Source: an uncultured Candidatus Saccharibacteria bacterium
GTDB lineage: Bacteria; Patescibacteriota; Minisyncoccia; 2-02-FULL-40-12; IGHO2-01-FULL-4-A
Direction of reading: 5' to 3'
NCBI GenBank assembly: GCA_964534385.1
Contig: CAZHOA010000001.1
Location: 1-25,214 of the forward strand
DNA length: 25,214 nucleotides
Each line of letters begins with the position of its first letter. The first letter of the stretch is position 1. The notes beneath the pieces are model-generated. The model saw only the letters and a program-made list of their open reading frames with translations, ran no database searches and was not told where the DNA came from. This document shows positions 1-7,842 of the stretch, piece by piece. Both the position numbers and the translations under genes were made by a program.

Positions 1-29
1 CACCATCACCAACGGTTTCGGATACAGTT

Positions 30-614
30 ATGGCTTCGCCAGAATCGCCCGCGCCTTCTTCGTCGGTCACTGCGACGCCACTACCAAAAGTAGTGAAAGC
101 AGAGATAGTCACCACGAAAGGTGCTATTGATCTAGAATTGTACTCAGATGTTGCACCGAAGACCGTGGCCAACTTTGTAAAATTAGCTCAGTCCGGCTTT
201 TATAATGGTACCAAGTTTCATCGCGTCATTCCTGATTTTGTTATCCAGGGCGGTGATCCGCTATCCAGGACCGATGATGCTCGAGTCGGTACTGGCGGAC
301 CAGGTTACACCTTTGAAGATGAGATTAATCCCAAATCACTCGGCGTTGCTGATGCGATTATCAAACAACTCGAAACAAAAGGCTATGTCTACAACTACAA
401 ATTAAAATCATTGCCGGTCGTGCCCGGTGTGATTGCTATGGCCAATTCGGGTCCTAATACCAACGGCAGCCAATTCTTTATTGTTACAACCCAACCCCAA
501 CCTCATCTCAACGGACTGCATACCGTATTTGGAAGAGTTGTGAAAGGCATGGATGTTGTACTCAAAATTACTCAGGGCGATGTCGTATCCAATATTACAA
601 TAGGGACAAAATAG
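30..614 (+). CDS. Cyclophilin-type peptidyl-prolyl cis-trans isomerase, probably 5'-truncated by the window edge
   Basis: Cyclophilin motifs: [58 protein letters not shown]. The frame is open from base 3 (PSPTVSDTV before the Met), so the true start probably lies upstream. Confidence 0.93.
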   Translation: MASPESPAPSSSVTATPLPKVVKAEIVTTKGAIDLELYSDVAPKTVANFVKLAQSGFYNGTKFHRVIPDFVIQGGDPLSRTDDARVGTGGPGYTFEDEINPKSLGVADAIIKQLETKGYVYNYKLKSLPVVPGVIAMANSGPNTNGSQFFIVTTQPQPHLNGLHTVFGRVVKGMDVVLKITQGDVVSNITIGTK

Positions 615-619
615 ACCCT

Positions 620-841
620 ATGAAAATCTTTGTTACGGTACGGCCTAATAAAAAGACAGCACACATTGAAGAAATAGCCCCGACGGAATTTCGTGTAGAT
701 GTTGATGCGCCGGCTATACATGATCAAGCCAACAGACGTCTCGTTGAGTTGTTGGCAGACTATTTTCAGATACCGCGTTCAGCGGTATCTATTGTTGTCG
801 GCCACTATGCGCGTAAGAAAATAGTCGAAATCAAAAAATAG
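620..841 (+). CDS. DUF167/YggU family small protein
   Basis: 73 aa with the family pattern V.V.P...K....I, V.APA...AN..L...LA..F.IP.S.V.I..G...R.K.V.I. Confidence 0.85.
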   Translation: MKIFVTVRPNKKTAHIEEIAPTEFRVDVDAPAIHDQANRRLVELLADYFQIPRSAVSIVVGHYARKKIVEIKK

Positions 842-893
842 GATCCCGTCCACCAACTTGTGCTGTACATTTTTTATAGTATAGTAAATACAT

Positions 894-2360
894 ATGCCTA
901 AAAAGACAGACAAAAAATATATTATTACCGGAGAACATTTTTATAAATTTATTCAATGTCCGCATTGGATCTGGTACGACATCTATGGTGACGAGACAAA
1001 AAGGGGAACGATACCGCCGCTTGTTGAGATGCTCCACAAAGATGGTATCAAGCACGAGCAAAATATGCTGACATCGCGTAGTTTCGAAGAAATCAAACCG
1101 GAACTATTTCGCGATTTGGACGAAGCTTTCCTAGCGACGCTTGAATTAATGCGTCAAGGCAAAAATATATATCACGGCGTCCTGATGGATGAGCATTGGG
1201 TTGGAATGCCCGATTTACTCGAAGCCCGCCCGGGCAAATCTCAGCTAGGTGATCACTATTACGTGGCCTACGACATCAAAAATAGCCAAGATATCAAAGA
1301 CGATTACAAATTCCAACTCGTTTTCTATAGCCTGGTATTAGAGCGTTTGCAGGGTGTCCGTCCTAAAGAAGCATATGTTATCAATTCAGAAGGCAAGGAG
1401 CGATCTTTTCTTGTCGAAGATTTTTTGGAACAGTTTCATTTGTCTCTGGATACTATTGAGAAGATTTTAGACGGAGAAAAGCCGGCTCCCTTTCTCAAGA
1501 GCGGGTGCCGTCGCTCACCCTGGTTTTCATTATGTCTTGACGAAACCAAAGATTGCGATGATGTATCGTTGATCTACCGCCTGAGCCAGAATGACCAACG
1601 CCGTCTCTACGATGCCGGTATCAAGACCGTGCACCAGTTTGCCGAAATGGGTACCGATGCACTGCAAGGCATGTTCGAAGACTGGAGCTACGACAAGATC
1701 GTTCGTTTTCACAATCAAGCGCTCGTTTTGGTTAATCAAGAGCCGATCGTTCTCAAAAAGTCCACGTTTCCCGAAGTCGCCAATGAGATTTACTTTGATA
1801 TTGAATCTGATCCAACTGAGAGTATCGATTACTTATTGGGTTTGTTAATCAAAAAAGGCACCGGCCAGACCCAATACAAATATTTTCTAGCGAATAATCG
1901 GGAAGATGAGAAGCGTATCTGGGAAGAGTTTCTGAATTTTATTGAGAAGATCGACGATTTTGTGATCTATCATTATTCATACTATGAGAGAGAGGTATTT
2001 AAACGTCTGGGCAATAAATACGGCATTACCCACGAACTTGATCAGAAATTTCAAAACAATACCATCGACCTGCATCAGAGGGTTATTGAGTCGGTGGTCT
2101 TGCCACTTTACTTTTATAGCTTAAAGGACATCGGGCGTTATCTTGGTTTCGATTGGCGAGCTGAGGATGCCGGCGGTGCCCAATCAGTTGTCTGGTATAA
2201 CGAATGGCTCAACACACAAGACAAGAAAATTATAGACAAAATCTTGGATTACAACGAAGATGATGTACGCGCCACGTTACACGTCAAAGAATGGCTGGCC
2301 CAACAAAAACCTCGTACCAGCCGCGAAAAAATACCCGCGGAGCTCTTGGATGAGAAATGA
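894..2360 (+). CDS. TM0106-family RecB-like putative nuclease with a C-terminal RNase H-like exonuclease domain
   Basis: N-terminal PD-(D/E)xK-like motif (GMPDLL...YDIK...FQLVFY) and Cys cluster (CPH...GCRRSPWFSLC). C-terminal YFDIE, YHYSYYE, IDL, YSLK and YNEDDV motifs. Confidence 0.8.
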   Translation: MPKKTDKKYIITGEHFYKFIQCPHWIWYDIYGDETKRGTIPPLVEMLHKDGIKHEQNMLTSRSFEEIKPELFRDLDEAFLATLELMRQGKNIYHGVLMDEHWVGMPDLLEARPGKSQLGDHYYVAYDIKNSQDIKDDYKFQLVFYSLVLERLQGVRPKEAYVINSEGKERSFLVEDFLEQFHLSLDTIEKILDGEKPAPFLKSGCRRSPWFSLCLDETKDCDDVSLIYRLSQNDQRRLYDAGIKTVHQFAEMGTDALQGMFEDWSYDKIVRFHNQALVLVNQEPIVLKKSTFPEVANEIYFDIESDPTESIDYLLGLLIKKGTGQTQYKYFLANNREDEKRIWEEFLNFIEKIDDFVIYHYSYYEREVFKRLGNKYGITHELDQKFQNNTIDLHQRVIESVVLPLYFYSLKDIGRYLGFDWRAEDAGGAQSVVWYNEWLNTQDKKIIDKILDYNEDDVRATLHVKEWLAQQKPRTSREKIPAELLDEK

Positions 2361-2429
2361 GACTTCAGGCACTCGGTGATTAATATCCCTTCGTTAAACA
2401 CATTGCCTCACCTCCATTTCCCATACGCA

Positions 2430-2459
2430 TTGACATTTCCGCCATCCCAATGCTAAACT
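2430..2459 (+). promoter_or_regulatory. Sigma70-type promoter of paralog 1 (TTGACA-N18-TAAACT, extended -10 TGc)
   Basis: TTGACA at 2430-2435, TAAACT at 2454-2459, SD GGAGGTG before ATG 2495. The same boxes and spacer length recur at 25008-25037 (-). Confidence 0.8.
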
Positions 2460-2494
2460 CGGACAAGTTCATTTTACAATCCCGGAGGTGACTC

Positions 2495-3208
2495 ATGGTT
2501 GCCAATCCTCATCTCATTGAAGACCCGACTCCAACCACTGCCCAAATACAACAGTTCTTTGATCTGATCCACTCAGGAAGATTGGATCGCGATGCTTTGC
2601 AAGCCATGCTTGATCGTTATGCTGATGAAAGTAACCCAGCAGAAATCACATCTGAAAATATTATTGCAGTACCACAGGAATCTCGTACAGATTTCCATAC
2701 ACTAAGACCGGCTCAACAACTAACCAGCTGGATTACCATCTGGAAAACGATTCAACTCGGCACTGGTCTTAAAGATGCCAACGCCTTTCTGGAAGCTTTG
2801 GACAGTAACGGCTGCAAAGCTTCCAATTGGGGCAAGAAAATTCTCGGCAAGCCAGCCTTCAGGGTTGCCAAGAAGAAAACCGAGGTTGACCTCGTGAATC
2901 TCTCGGTCGCTGAACTCGGTTTCAAAGATGGAGCAACCATCAACGATATTTACGAGCGAGCCATAAGCCTTGGTTTACAGCTTTGCCCCAATGAAGTCGG
3001 TCCCCAGTTGCGTCTGCAGTACAGGGACCAACCCAAGGGTGAGTGGGTATTAGTCGCAATGGAACCAATAGCTGATTCGGACGGCAGCCTCAGCATCTTC
3101 GATGTCGAACGTGACGGCGGTGATCTGTGGTTGGGTGCTCACGACGGTAGCCCTGACCGCTTCTACGGTAGCTACCGCCGTTTCGTGTTCGTTCTGCCTC
3201 GCAAGTAA
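2495..3208 (+). CDS. Putative DGR variable (target) protein, paralog 1: shared N-terminal module plus C-terminal CLec-like domain
   Basis: N-terminus MVANPHLIEDPTPTTAQIQQFFDLIHSGR is shared with 24340-24972. The C-terminal domain (LGFKDGAT..IY.RA..LGLQLCPNEVGPQLRLQY.DQP.GEW...AMEPI.DSDG...FVF) resembles CPR DGR-target families (recalled, not searched). 36 of the last 44 codons end in C/T. Confidence 0.65.
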   Translation: MVANPHLIEDPTPTTAQIQQFFDLIHSGRLDRDALQAMLDRYADESNPAEITSENIIAVPQESRTDFHTLRPAQQLTSWITIWKTIQLGTGLKDANAFLEALDSNGCKASNWGKKILGKPAFRVAKKKTEVDLVNLSVAELGFKDGATINDIYERAISLGLQLCPNEVGPQLRLQYRDQPKGEWVLVAMEPIADSDGSLSIFDVERDGGDLWLGAHDGSPDRFYGSYRRFVFVLPRK

Positions 3209-3212
3209 TCTG

Positions 3213-3265
3213 CCCTTAATCCTTTGAACCTTTGGTTTCCTTGGACCCTTAGTACTTTGTCCTTG
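3213..3265 (+). repeat. Degenerate ~8-nt periodic repeat (core like CCTTTG/CCCTTA) just after the stop of paralog 1
   Basis: Cores at about 3213, 3221, 3229, 3239, 3246, 3254 and 3261: ccctta, cctttg, cctttg, ccttg, ccctta, actttg, ccttg. Confidence 0.55.
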
Positions 3266-3285
3266 GAAGCCGTAATTTAAAAAAT

Positions 3286-3317
3286 GCCCTGTGTATAATG
3301 CACGGGGCTTTCTTTTT
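3286..3317 (+). terminator. Hairpin with T-tract (intrinsic terminator; possibly also a DGR target hairpin)
   Basis: gccctgtgta-taa-tgcacggggc stem (two G-T pairs), flanked by an A-run upstream and tttcttttt downstream. Confidence 0.7.
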
Positions 3318-3529
3318 GTGCTACACTCAAAAATGGAAGTAGGTGAATACGCCGACGGTTACGGCTTTCGGCTACCGAACCCAGTATCCATACATCCAGA
3401 ATATCTCCGACTACGGTTTGGGATAGCGTGGCGTATGCAGAAACTTCAAAAATTGAAGATACTTGGTAAGAAGTGCTAGGGCATTATAGATGCCGAATAC
3501 GATTAGAGTGAGAATCCACTCAACGATAA

Positions 3530-3558
3530 TTGACTTTTTGGTTTAAATACGCTATAAT
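3530..3558 (+). promoter_or_regulatory. Sigma70 promoter TTGACT-N17-TATAAT
   Basis: Near-consensus boxes with a 17-nt spacer; AAGGAG SD before ATG 3599. Confidence 0.75.
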
Positions 3559-3598
3559 TTTACTAGAACAAAAAATATTTAAAAAAGGAGCGTGACGC

Positions 3599-4237
3599 AT
3601 GAGAGTGAGTATAGCGTTGGTTTCGAGTTCCTCGCCCGTGAATACGATTAGCGAGGAGTTGTCGCGAAAGTCTGCCAGCCTGTCGGTTGGCAATCCTATA
3701 ATTCTTAATGGAGCAGAGTGTGTTCCACACGTTTCAATTTTTCAGTTGGATGTTGAAAGGCATCGATTGGGCGAACTGAAAGATATAGTGAAGAGTATTT
3801 TGCAAACTCATCGACATATCCAGCTTAAGTTTAGCGGGGTCGAACTGGAAAACAAAAACTGGCTCTTTTGGAGCTTGGAGTTTTCTCAGAGGCTTAAAGA
3901 GCTCCACGAAGAAATCGTCACTCGATGCGCGCCGATTAGGCGGGCGAATATCGAGCTCGGCGGCAGAGGTAAATACCTCGATGGTGTCGCAGGCTTGATG
4001 CATGAGAGGTACGGCTACCCGCACGTGATGGAGTTATATAAGCCGCACATCACTCTCCAGGTGATCCAACGGAGTGAGTTGGAAAGGTCTCAAATCCAAG
4101 AGCTCCTCGGTAAACACGCAGGTGTCGAGTGGCAACCAACCCATGTTATCATAGCCGAGGTTGGCCCACAGGGACGCATCAGTCGCACTGGGCTGAAAGC
4201 AGCTTTGAAACTTCCAACGACGACCGATCGCACTTGA
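3599..4237 (+). CDS. 2H phosphoesterase superfamily protein (2'-5' RNA ligase / cyclic phosphodiesterase-like)
   Basis: Two HxS/T motifs, PHVSI and PHITL, spaced as in 2H enzymes. Confidence 0.75.
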   Translation: MRVSIALVSSSSPVNTISEELSRKSASLSVGNPIILNGAECVPHVSIFQLDVERHRLGELKDIVKSILQTHRHIQLKFSGVELENKNWLFWSLEFSQRLKELHEEIVTRCAPIRRANIELGGRGKYLDGVAGLMHERYGYPHVMELYKPHITLQVIQRSELERSQIQELLGKHAGVEWQPTHVIIAEVGPQGRISRTGLKAALKLPTTTDRT

Positions 4238-4250
4238 AGCGATAATACAC

Positions 4251-4275
4251 ACGGACACCCCCCAGGGGTGTCCGT
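4251..4275. terminator. GC-rich perfect hairpin (terminator or REP-like)
   Basis: acggacacccc-cca-ggggtgtccgt, 11-bp perfect stem, followed by ttaactttt. Confidence 0.55.
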
Positions 4276-4349
4276 TTAACTTTTATAACCAGCTCTTGAT
4301 TTATTTTTTTATATATCGTATTATCAAATTTCAAGGTAAACAAAGACCT

Positions 4350-5702
4350 ATGTCATTTCGTGTAAAATCAATTCTCATACTGATCATTGCTGTGGGCGTT
4401 GCCCTTTTTGTATATCCTCAGGCATTCAATCGCACAGCTGATTTCCTGAACGCCAAGCTCCATCGTGAACAATCCAAAATTAAATTCCCTCACTTTTTCG
4501 CCGTTCCCGGTTTCCGCCTGGGACTTGACTTGTTGGGCGGTACGCACCTGGTATATCAGGCTGATTTAAAGAATCTCTCAGCCGGCCAGAACGCCAAAGA
4601 TGCTATGGATGGCGTGCGAGATGTTATCGAACGCCGCGTCAATCTGTTCGGCGTTGCCGAACCTCTGGTTCAGGTGGAGGGATCCGATCGTCTCGTGGTT
4701 GAGTTGGCCGGTATTAAAGACGTCAATCAAGCCATTCAATTGATCGGTCAAACGCCATTTTTGGAATTCCGTGAACAGCGCCCTAAAGCCGACACGGATG
4801 CCATTCTGGCCGCTCAAAAGTTAAAACAGCGACTGAACGAAGATCCCTATTTTGTGCCGAGTGCGTTGACCGGCAAATATCTACAACATTCACAAGTTCT
4901 TTTTGATCCGACCAGCTATTTGCCCCAGGTATCATTGGATCTCACCAGTGAAGGCGCCAAAATCTTTGCTGATTTGACCAAAAAGAATTTGGGCAAACCT
5001 CTGGCAATCTATCTTGACGGAACGCCTATCAGCGCGCCCATTGTTCAGAGTGAGATTACCAATGGCAAAGCGGTGATCTCCGGACATTTTACACCTGAGC
5101 AAGCCAAACAATTGGCTGACAGATTGAATGCCGGTGCTTTGCCCGTGCCCATTAACCTCATCTCTCAAGAGACCATCGGAGCCTCATTAGGTCAAGCTTC
5201 GCTGACGCAATCCCTCAAGGTTGCCGGCTATGGCTTGATTTTTGTGGCGCTGTTCATGATTGTGCTCTATAGGTTGCCCGGTGTTGTTTCGGTGGTCGCT
5301 TTGTTGATCTATGTTGTCTTGGTTCTGGCAATCTACAAGCTCATTCCAGTCACGCTCACATTGTCAGGCATTGCTGGGTTTGTATTATCTCTTGGTATTG
5401 CTGTTGATGCCAATATTCTTATCTTTGCGCGTATGCGTGAGGAATTAAAGGAAGGCAAGACGTTAGCCCAAGCCACGCGCGAAGGTTTCCGTCGAGCCTG
5501 GTTCTCTATTCGCGACAGTCATATCACTACACTGTTGGGTGCTGTGATTTTGTATATTTTTACAACTTCAATTGTCAAAGGTTTTGCGTTGACGCTTGGC
5601 ATTGGCGTGGTATTGAGTCTGTTTACGGCAACTGTGATCGTTCGTCTTTTTTTGGAAAACTTTACTTCTGGCTGGTTTGAACGACATCGCTGGCTATTTT
5701 AA
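4350..5702 (+). CDS. secD: Protein translocase subunit SecD
   Basis: LGLDLLGGTHLVY, VIERRVNLFGVAEP, GALPVP, IAGFVLSLGIAVDANILIF.R.REE, I.DS..TTL, KGFA.TL.IG motifs. ATG 4350 is preferred over the TTG at 4296. Confidence 0.96.
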   Translation: MSFRVKSILILIIAVGVALFVYPQAFNRTADFLNAKLHREQSKIKFPHFFAVPGFRLGLDLLGGTHLVYQADLKNLSAGQNAKDAMDGVRDVIERRVNLFGVAEPLVQVEGSDRLVVELAGIKDVNQAIQLIGQTPFLEFREQRPKADTDAILAAQKLKQRLNEDPYFVPSALTGKYLQHSQVLFDPTSYLPQVSLDLTSEGAKIFADLTKKNLGKPLAIYLDGTPISAPIVQSEITNGKAVISGHFTPEQAKQLADRLNAGALPVPINLISQETIGASLGQASLTQSLKVAGYGLIFVALFMIVLYRLPGVVSVVALLIYVVLVLAIYKLIPVTLTLSGIAGFVLSLGIAVDANILIFARMREELKEGKTLAQATREGFRRAWFSIRDSHITTLLGAVILYIFTTSIVKGFALTLGIGVVLSLFTATVIVRLFLENFTSGWFERHRWLF

Positions 5703-5704
5703 CT

Positions 5705-6589
5705 ATGAAACCTATCTATACAATTGGCTTCGTCATTTCGATCAGTCTAACGATTGCGGCGCTTGTTGTCATTGCTCTGTACGGTCTCCGCTTTGGCGCG
5801 GATTTTCGGGGCGGTTCGGTGCTGGAGTTGTCATTCCAAAGCAGACCGGAACAGCTATCGGATATTACCCAGGTACTCACAACGATACCCGAGGCTCACA
5901 ATGTTAGCGTTAGCCCGTTGGGTGACAAGAATGTGTTGATTCGCCTTGACCCGCTATCAGAAGCCGATCACCAGAAAATACTCAGCACATTATCACAGAA
6001 ATTCGGCACCATATCCGAACTGCGTTTTAATTCCATCGGTCCGACGATCGGCAATGAATTAAAGCAAAAAAGCCTGACGGCCATCAGTGTTTTGCTGATC
6101 GCCATTGTGATCTATATAGCTTTTGTGTTTCGCAAGCTCTCTATTGTGATTTCACCCTGGGCCATGGGTATTGCCACTATTATGGCGCTAATTCATGATC
6201 TCGCCATCCCCATAGCTGTTTTTTCGATACTCGGACGCTATTACGGTATTGAGATCAGCGCTGTGTTTGTTGCCGCGGCGTTGACAATACTTGGGTATTC
6301 TGTCTCGGATTCAGTCGTTGTGTTAGATCGTATGCGTGAGAATATTCTGCGTTTCGGGCGCAAAGAGAGCTTCCCGAACCTGGTGCATATGAGTATTATG
6401 CAAACATTGACACGTTCGCTTAACACAACGTTTAATACGCTATTATCTCTGTTTGCCGTGTATTTTTTTGGGGGTGAGTCAATCCGATATTTCGCGTTGG
6501 CGTTGATTATCGGCATAGCTCTGGGTGCCTATTCATCGATCTTTGTCGCTTCGCCGATTTTGGTATGGTGGAAAGGCCAGAGGAGCTGA
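5705..6589 (+). CDS. secF: Protein translocase subunit SecF
   Basis: GADFRGGS, SIGPTIG.EL, HD, LTILGYSVSDSVVVLDRMREN, TLTRSLNT, GAYSSIFVASP motifs; directly follows secD. Confidence 0.96.
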   Translation: MKPIYTIGFVISISLTIAALVVIALYGLRFGADFRGGSVLELSFQSRPEQLSDITQVLTTIPEAHNVSVSPLGDKNVLIRLDPLSEADHQKILSTLSQKFGTISELRFNSIGPTIGNELKQKSLTAISVLLIAIVIYIAFVFRKLSIVISPWAMGIATIMALIHDLAIPIAVFSILGRYYGIEISAVFVAAALTILGYSVSDSVVVLDRMRENILRFGRKESFPNLVHMSIMQTLTRSLNTTFNTLLSLFAVYFFGGESIRYFALALIIGIALGAYSSIFVASPILVWWKGQRS

Positions 6590-6714
6590 TGAGTCGTGTG
6601 TATAACCGGAGGTGTTGACTTATTTATTTGCTTGTGATATTTTATATTTTAAGGTGAATATCTACATAATTTAGGTGATTTCTTAGACATATACTAAGGA
6701 ATATATTTCATACA

Positions 6715-7773
6715 ATGGTTACCACAGATTTCAAAAGAACAATTAAGACAGTGGTCGTGCAGCTGATCGCGGTTTTGAATGCGCGCAATCGTGAGGTCGT
6801 TTCACGCAGGTTTGGCTTGAAATCAGGCCAGAAACAGACACTTGAGTCAATCGGCCAGATTTACGGCATTACTCGTGAGCGCGTCCGTCAAATTGAGGAG
6901 ACATCGCTCAAAGCGATCCGTGATAGTTTACAGTCGGAGTTTAGCCCCAAGATACAGCCGTTTGTGTCATTGGCGCACACGATTATTGACGAATCAGGCG
7001 GTGTTATGCAGGAGCAAGATTTGTTCCGGACATTCTTCGGCAATGCCAAGAATACTGCTGCTAATGCTTCGTTAGTTTTCTTGATGATTCTTGACAACCG
7101 CTTGAAACGCTATCAGGAAGACGAAGACTTTAATACATTCTGGAGCGTCGACGAAGCCCGACAAAAGGTATTTTTCAATGTCGTTGCCAGTTTCATCAAA
7201 AACCTCGAAAAGCGCAACACGCCCGTTGAAGAGTCGCAAGTTGTCCAGCTATGCACTGAAGCTTCGATGTATTTCAAGGAGCCGCCGGCTAAGATCGCCT
7301 CTCTGATATTTGCAATTTCCAAGGACATCGACCGTAATGTATTCAACCAGGTCGGTTTGACCAGTTGGCCGGAAATTCGTCCTCGCGGCGTTCGTGATAA
7401 ATCCTACCTCGTACTCAAGCGTGCTACTCAACCCAAGCATTTCCGTGATATTACCCGTCTGATCAATAGTTATAAATTTTCCAAAAATGTTGCCAATGTC
7501 CAAACAGTTCACAACGAACTGATCAAAGACAAGCGCTTTGTTCTGGTAGGTCGCGGCATGTACGGATTGACCGAATGGGGCTATGCGCGTGGTACTATTA
7601 AAGAACTGATCGTCGACCTGTTAAAAGAAAAAGGTTCGATGCACAAAGAGAAGATTATCGCGCATGTAATGTCTGTCAGATTCGTGAAGCAAAACACTAT
7701 TGTTCTCGGATTGCAGGATAAACGGCTATTCAATCACGATGAACGCGGGCATGTATCATTACGCAAAGCCTAA
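6715..7773 (+). CDS. Sigma70 region-4 HTH plus HARE-HTH (RNAP delta-like) DNA-binding protein
   Basis: N-terminal RRFGL....TLESIGQIYGITRERVRQIE (sigma r4). C-terminal RDKSYLVLK....PKHFRDIT..IN...VHNELIKDKRFVLVGRGMYGL.EW (HARE-HTH-like). No sigma region 2 is recognisable. Confidence 0.75.
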   Translation: MVTTDFKRTIKTVVVQLIAVLNARNREVVSRRFGLKSGQKQTLESIGQIYGITRERVRQIEETSLKAIRDSLQSEFSPKIQPFVSLAHTIIDESGGVMQEQDLFRTFFGNAKNTAANASLVFLMILDNRLKRYQEDEDFNTFWSVDEARQKVFFNVVASFIKNLEKRNTPVEESQVVQLCTEASMYFKEPPAKIASLIFAISKDIDRNVFNQVGLTSWPEIRPRGVRDKSYLVLKRATQPKHFRDITRLINSYKFSKNVANVQTVHNELIKDKRFVLVGRGMYGLTEWGYARGTIKELIVDLLKEKGSMHKEKIIAHVMSVRFVKQNTIVLGLQDKRLFNHDERGHVSLRKA

Positions 7774-7777
7774 CACC

Positions 7778-7810
7778 AACAATACCTCCTACAGCGAGGT
7801 ATTGTTTTTT
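7778..7810 (+). terminator. Intrinsic terminator
   Basis: aacaatacctc-ctacagc-gaggtattgtt, 11-bp stem plus T-run. Confidence 0.8.
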
Positions 7811-7842
7811 GAAACGGATTATTTTCTGCTATACTATTACTA

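Noticed and set aside
3291-3479. 62-aa ORF containing DGYGFRL, reminiscent of FGE-type DGR target ends
   Set aside because: It starts inside the terminator hairpin, lacks an SD and surrounding family motifs, and GFR is not C-terminal.
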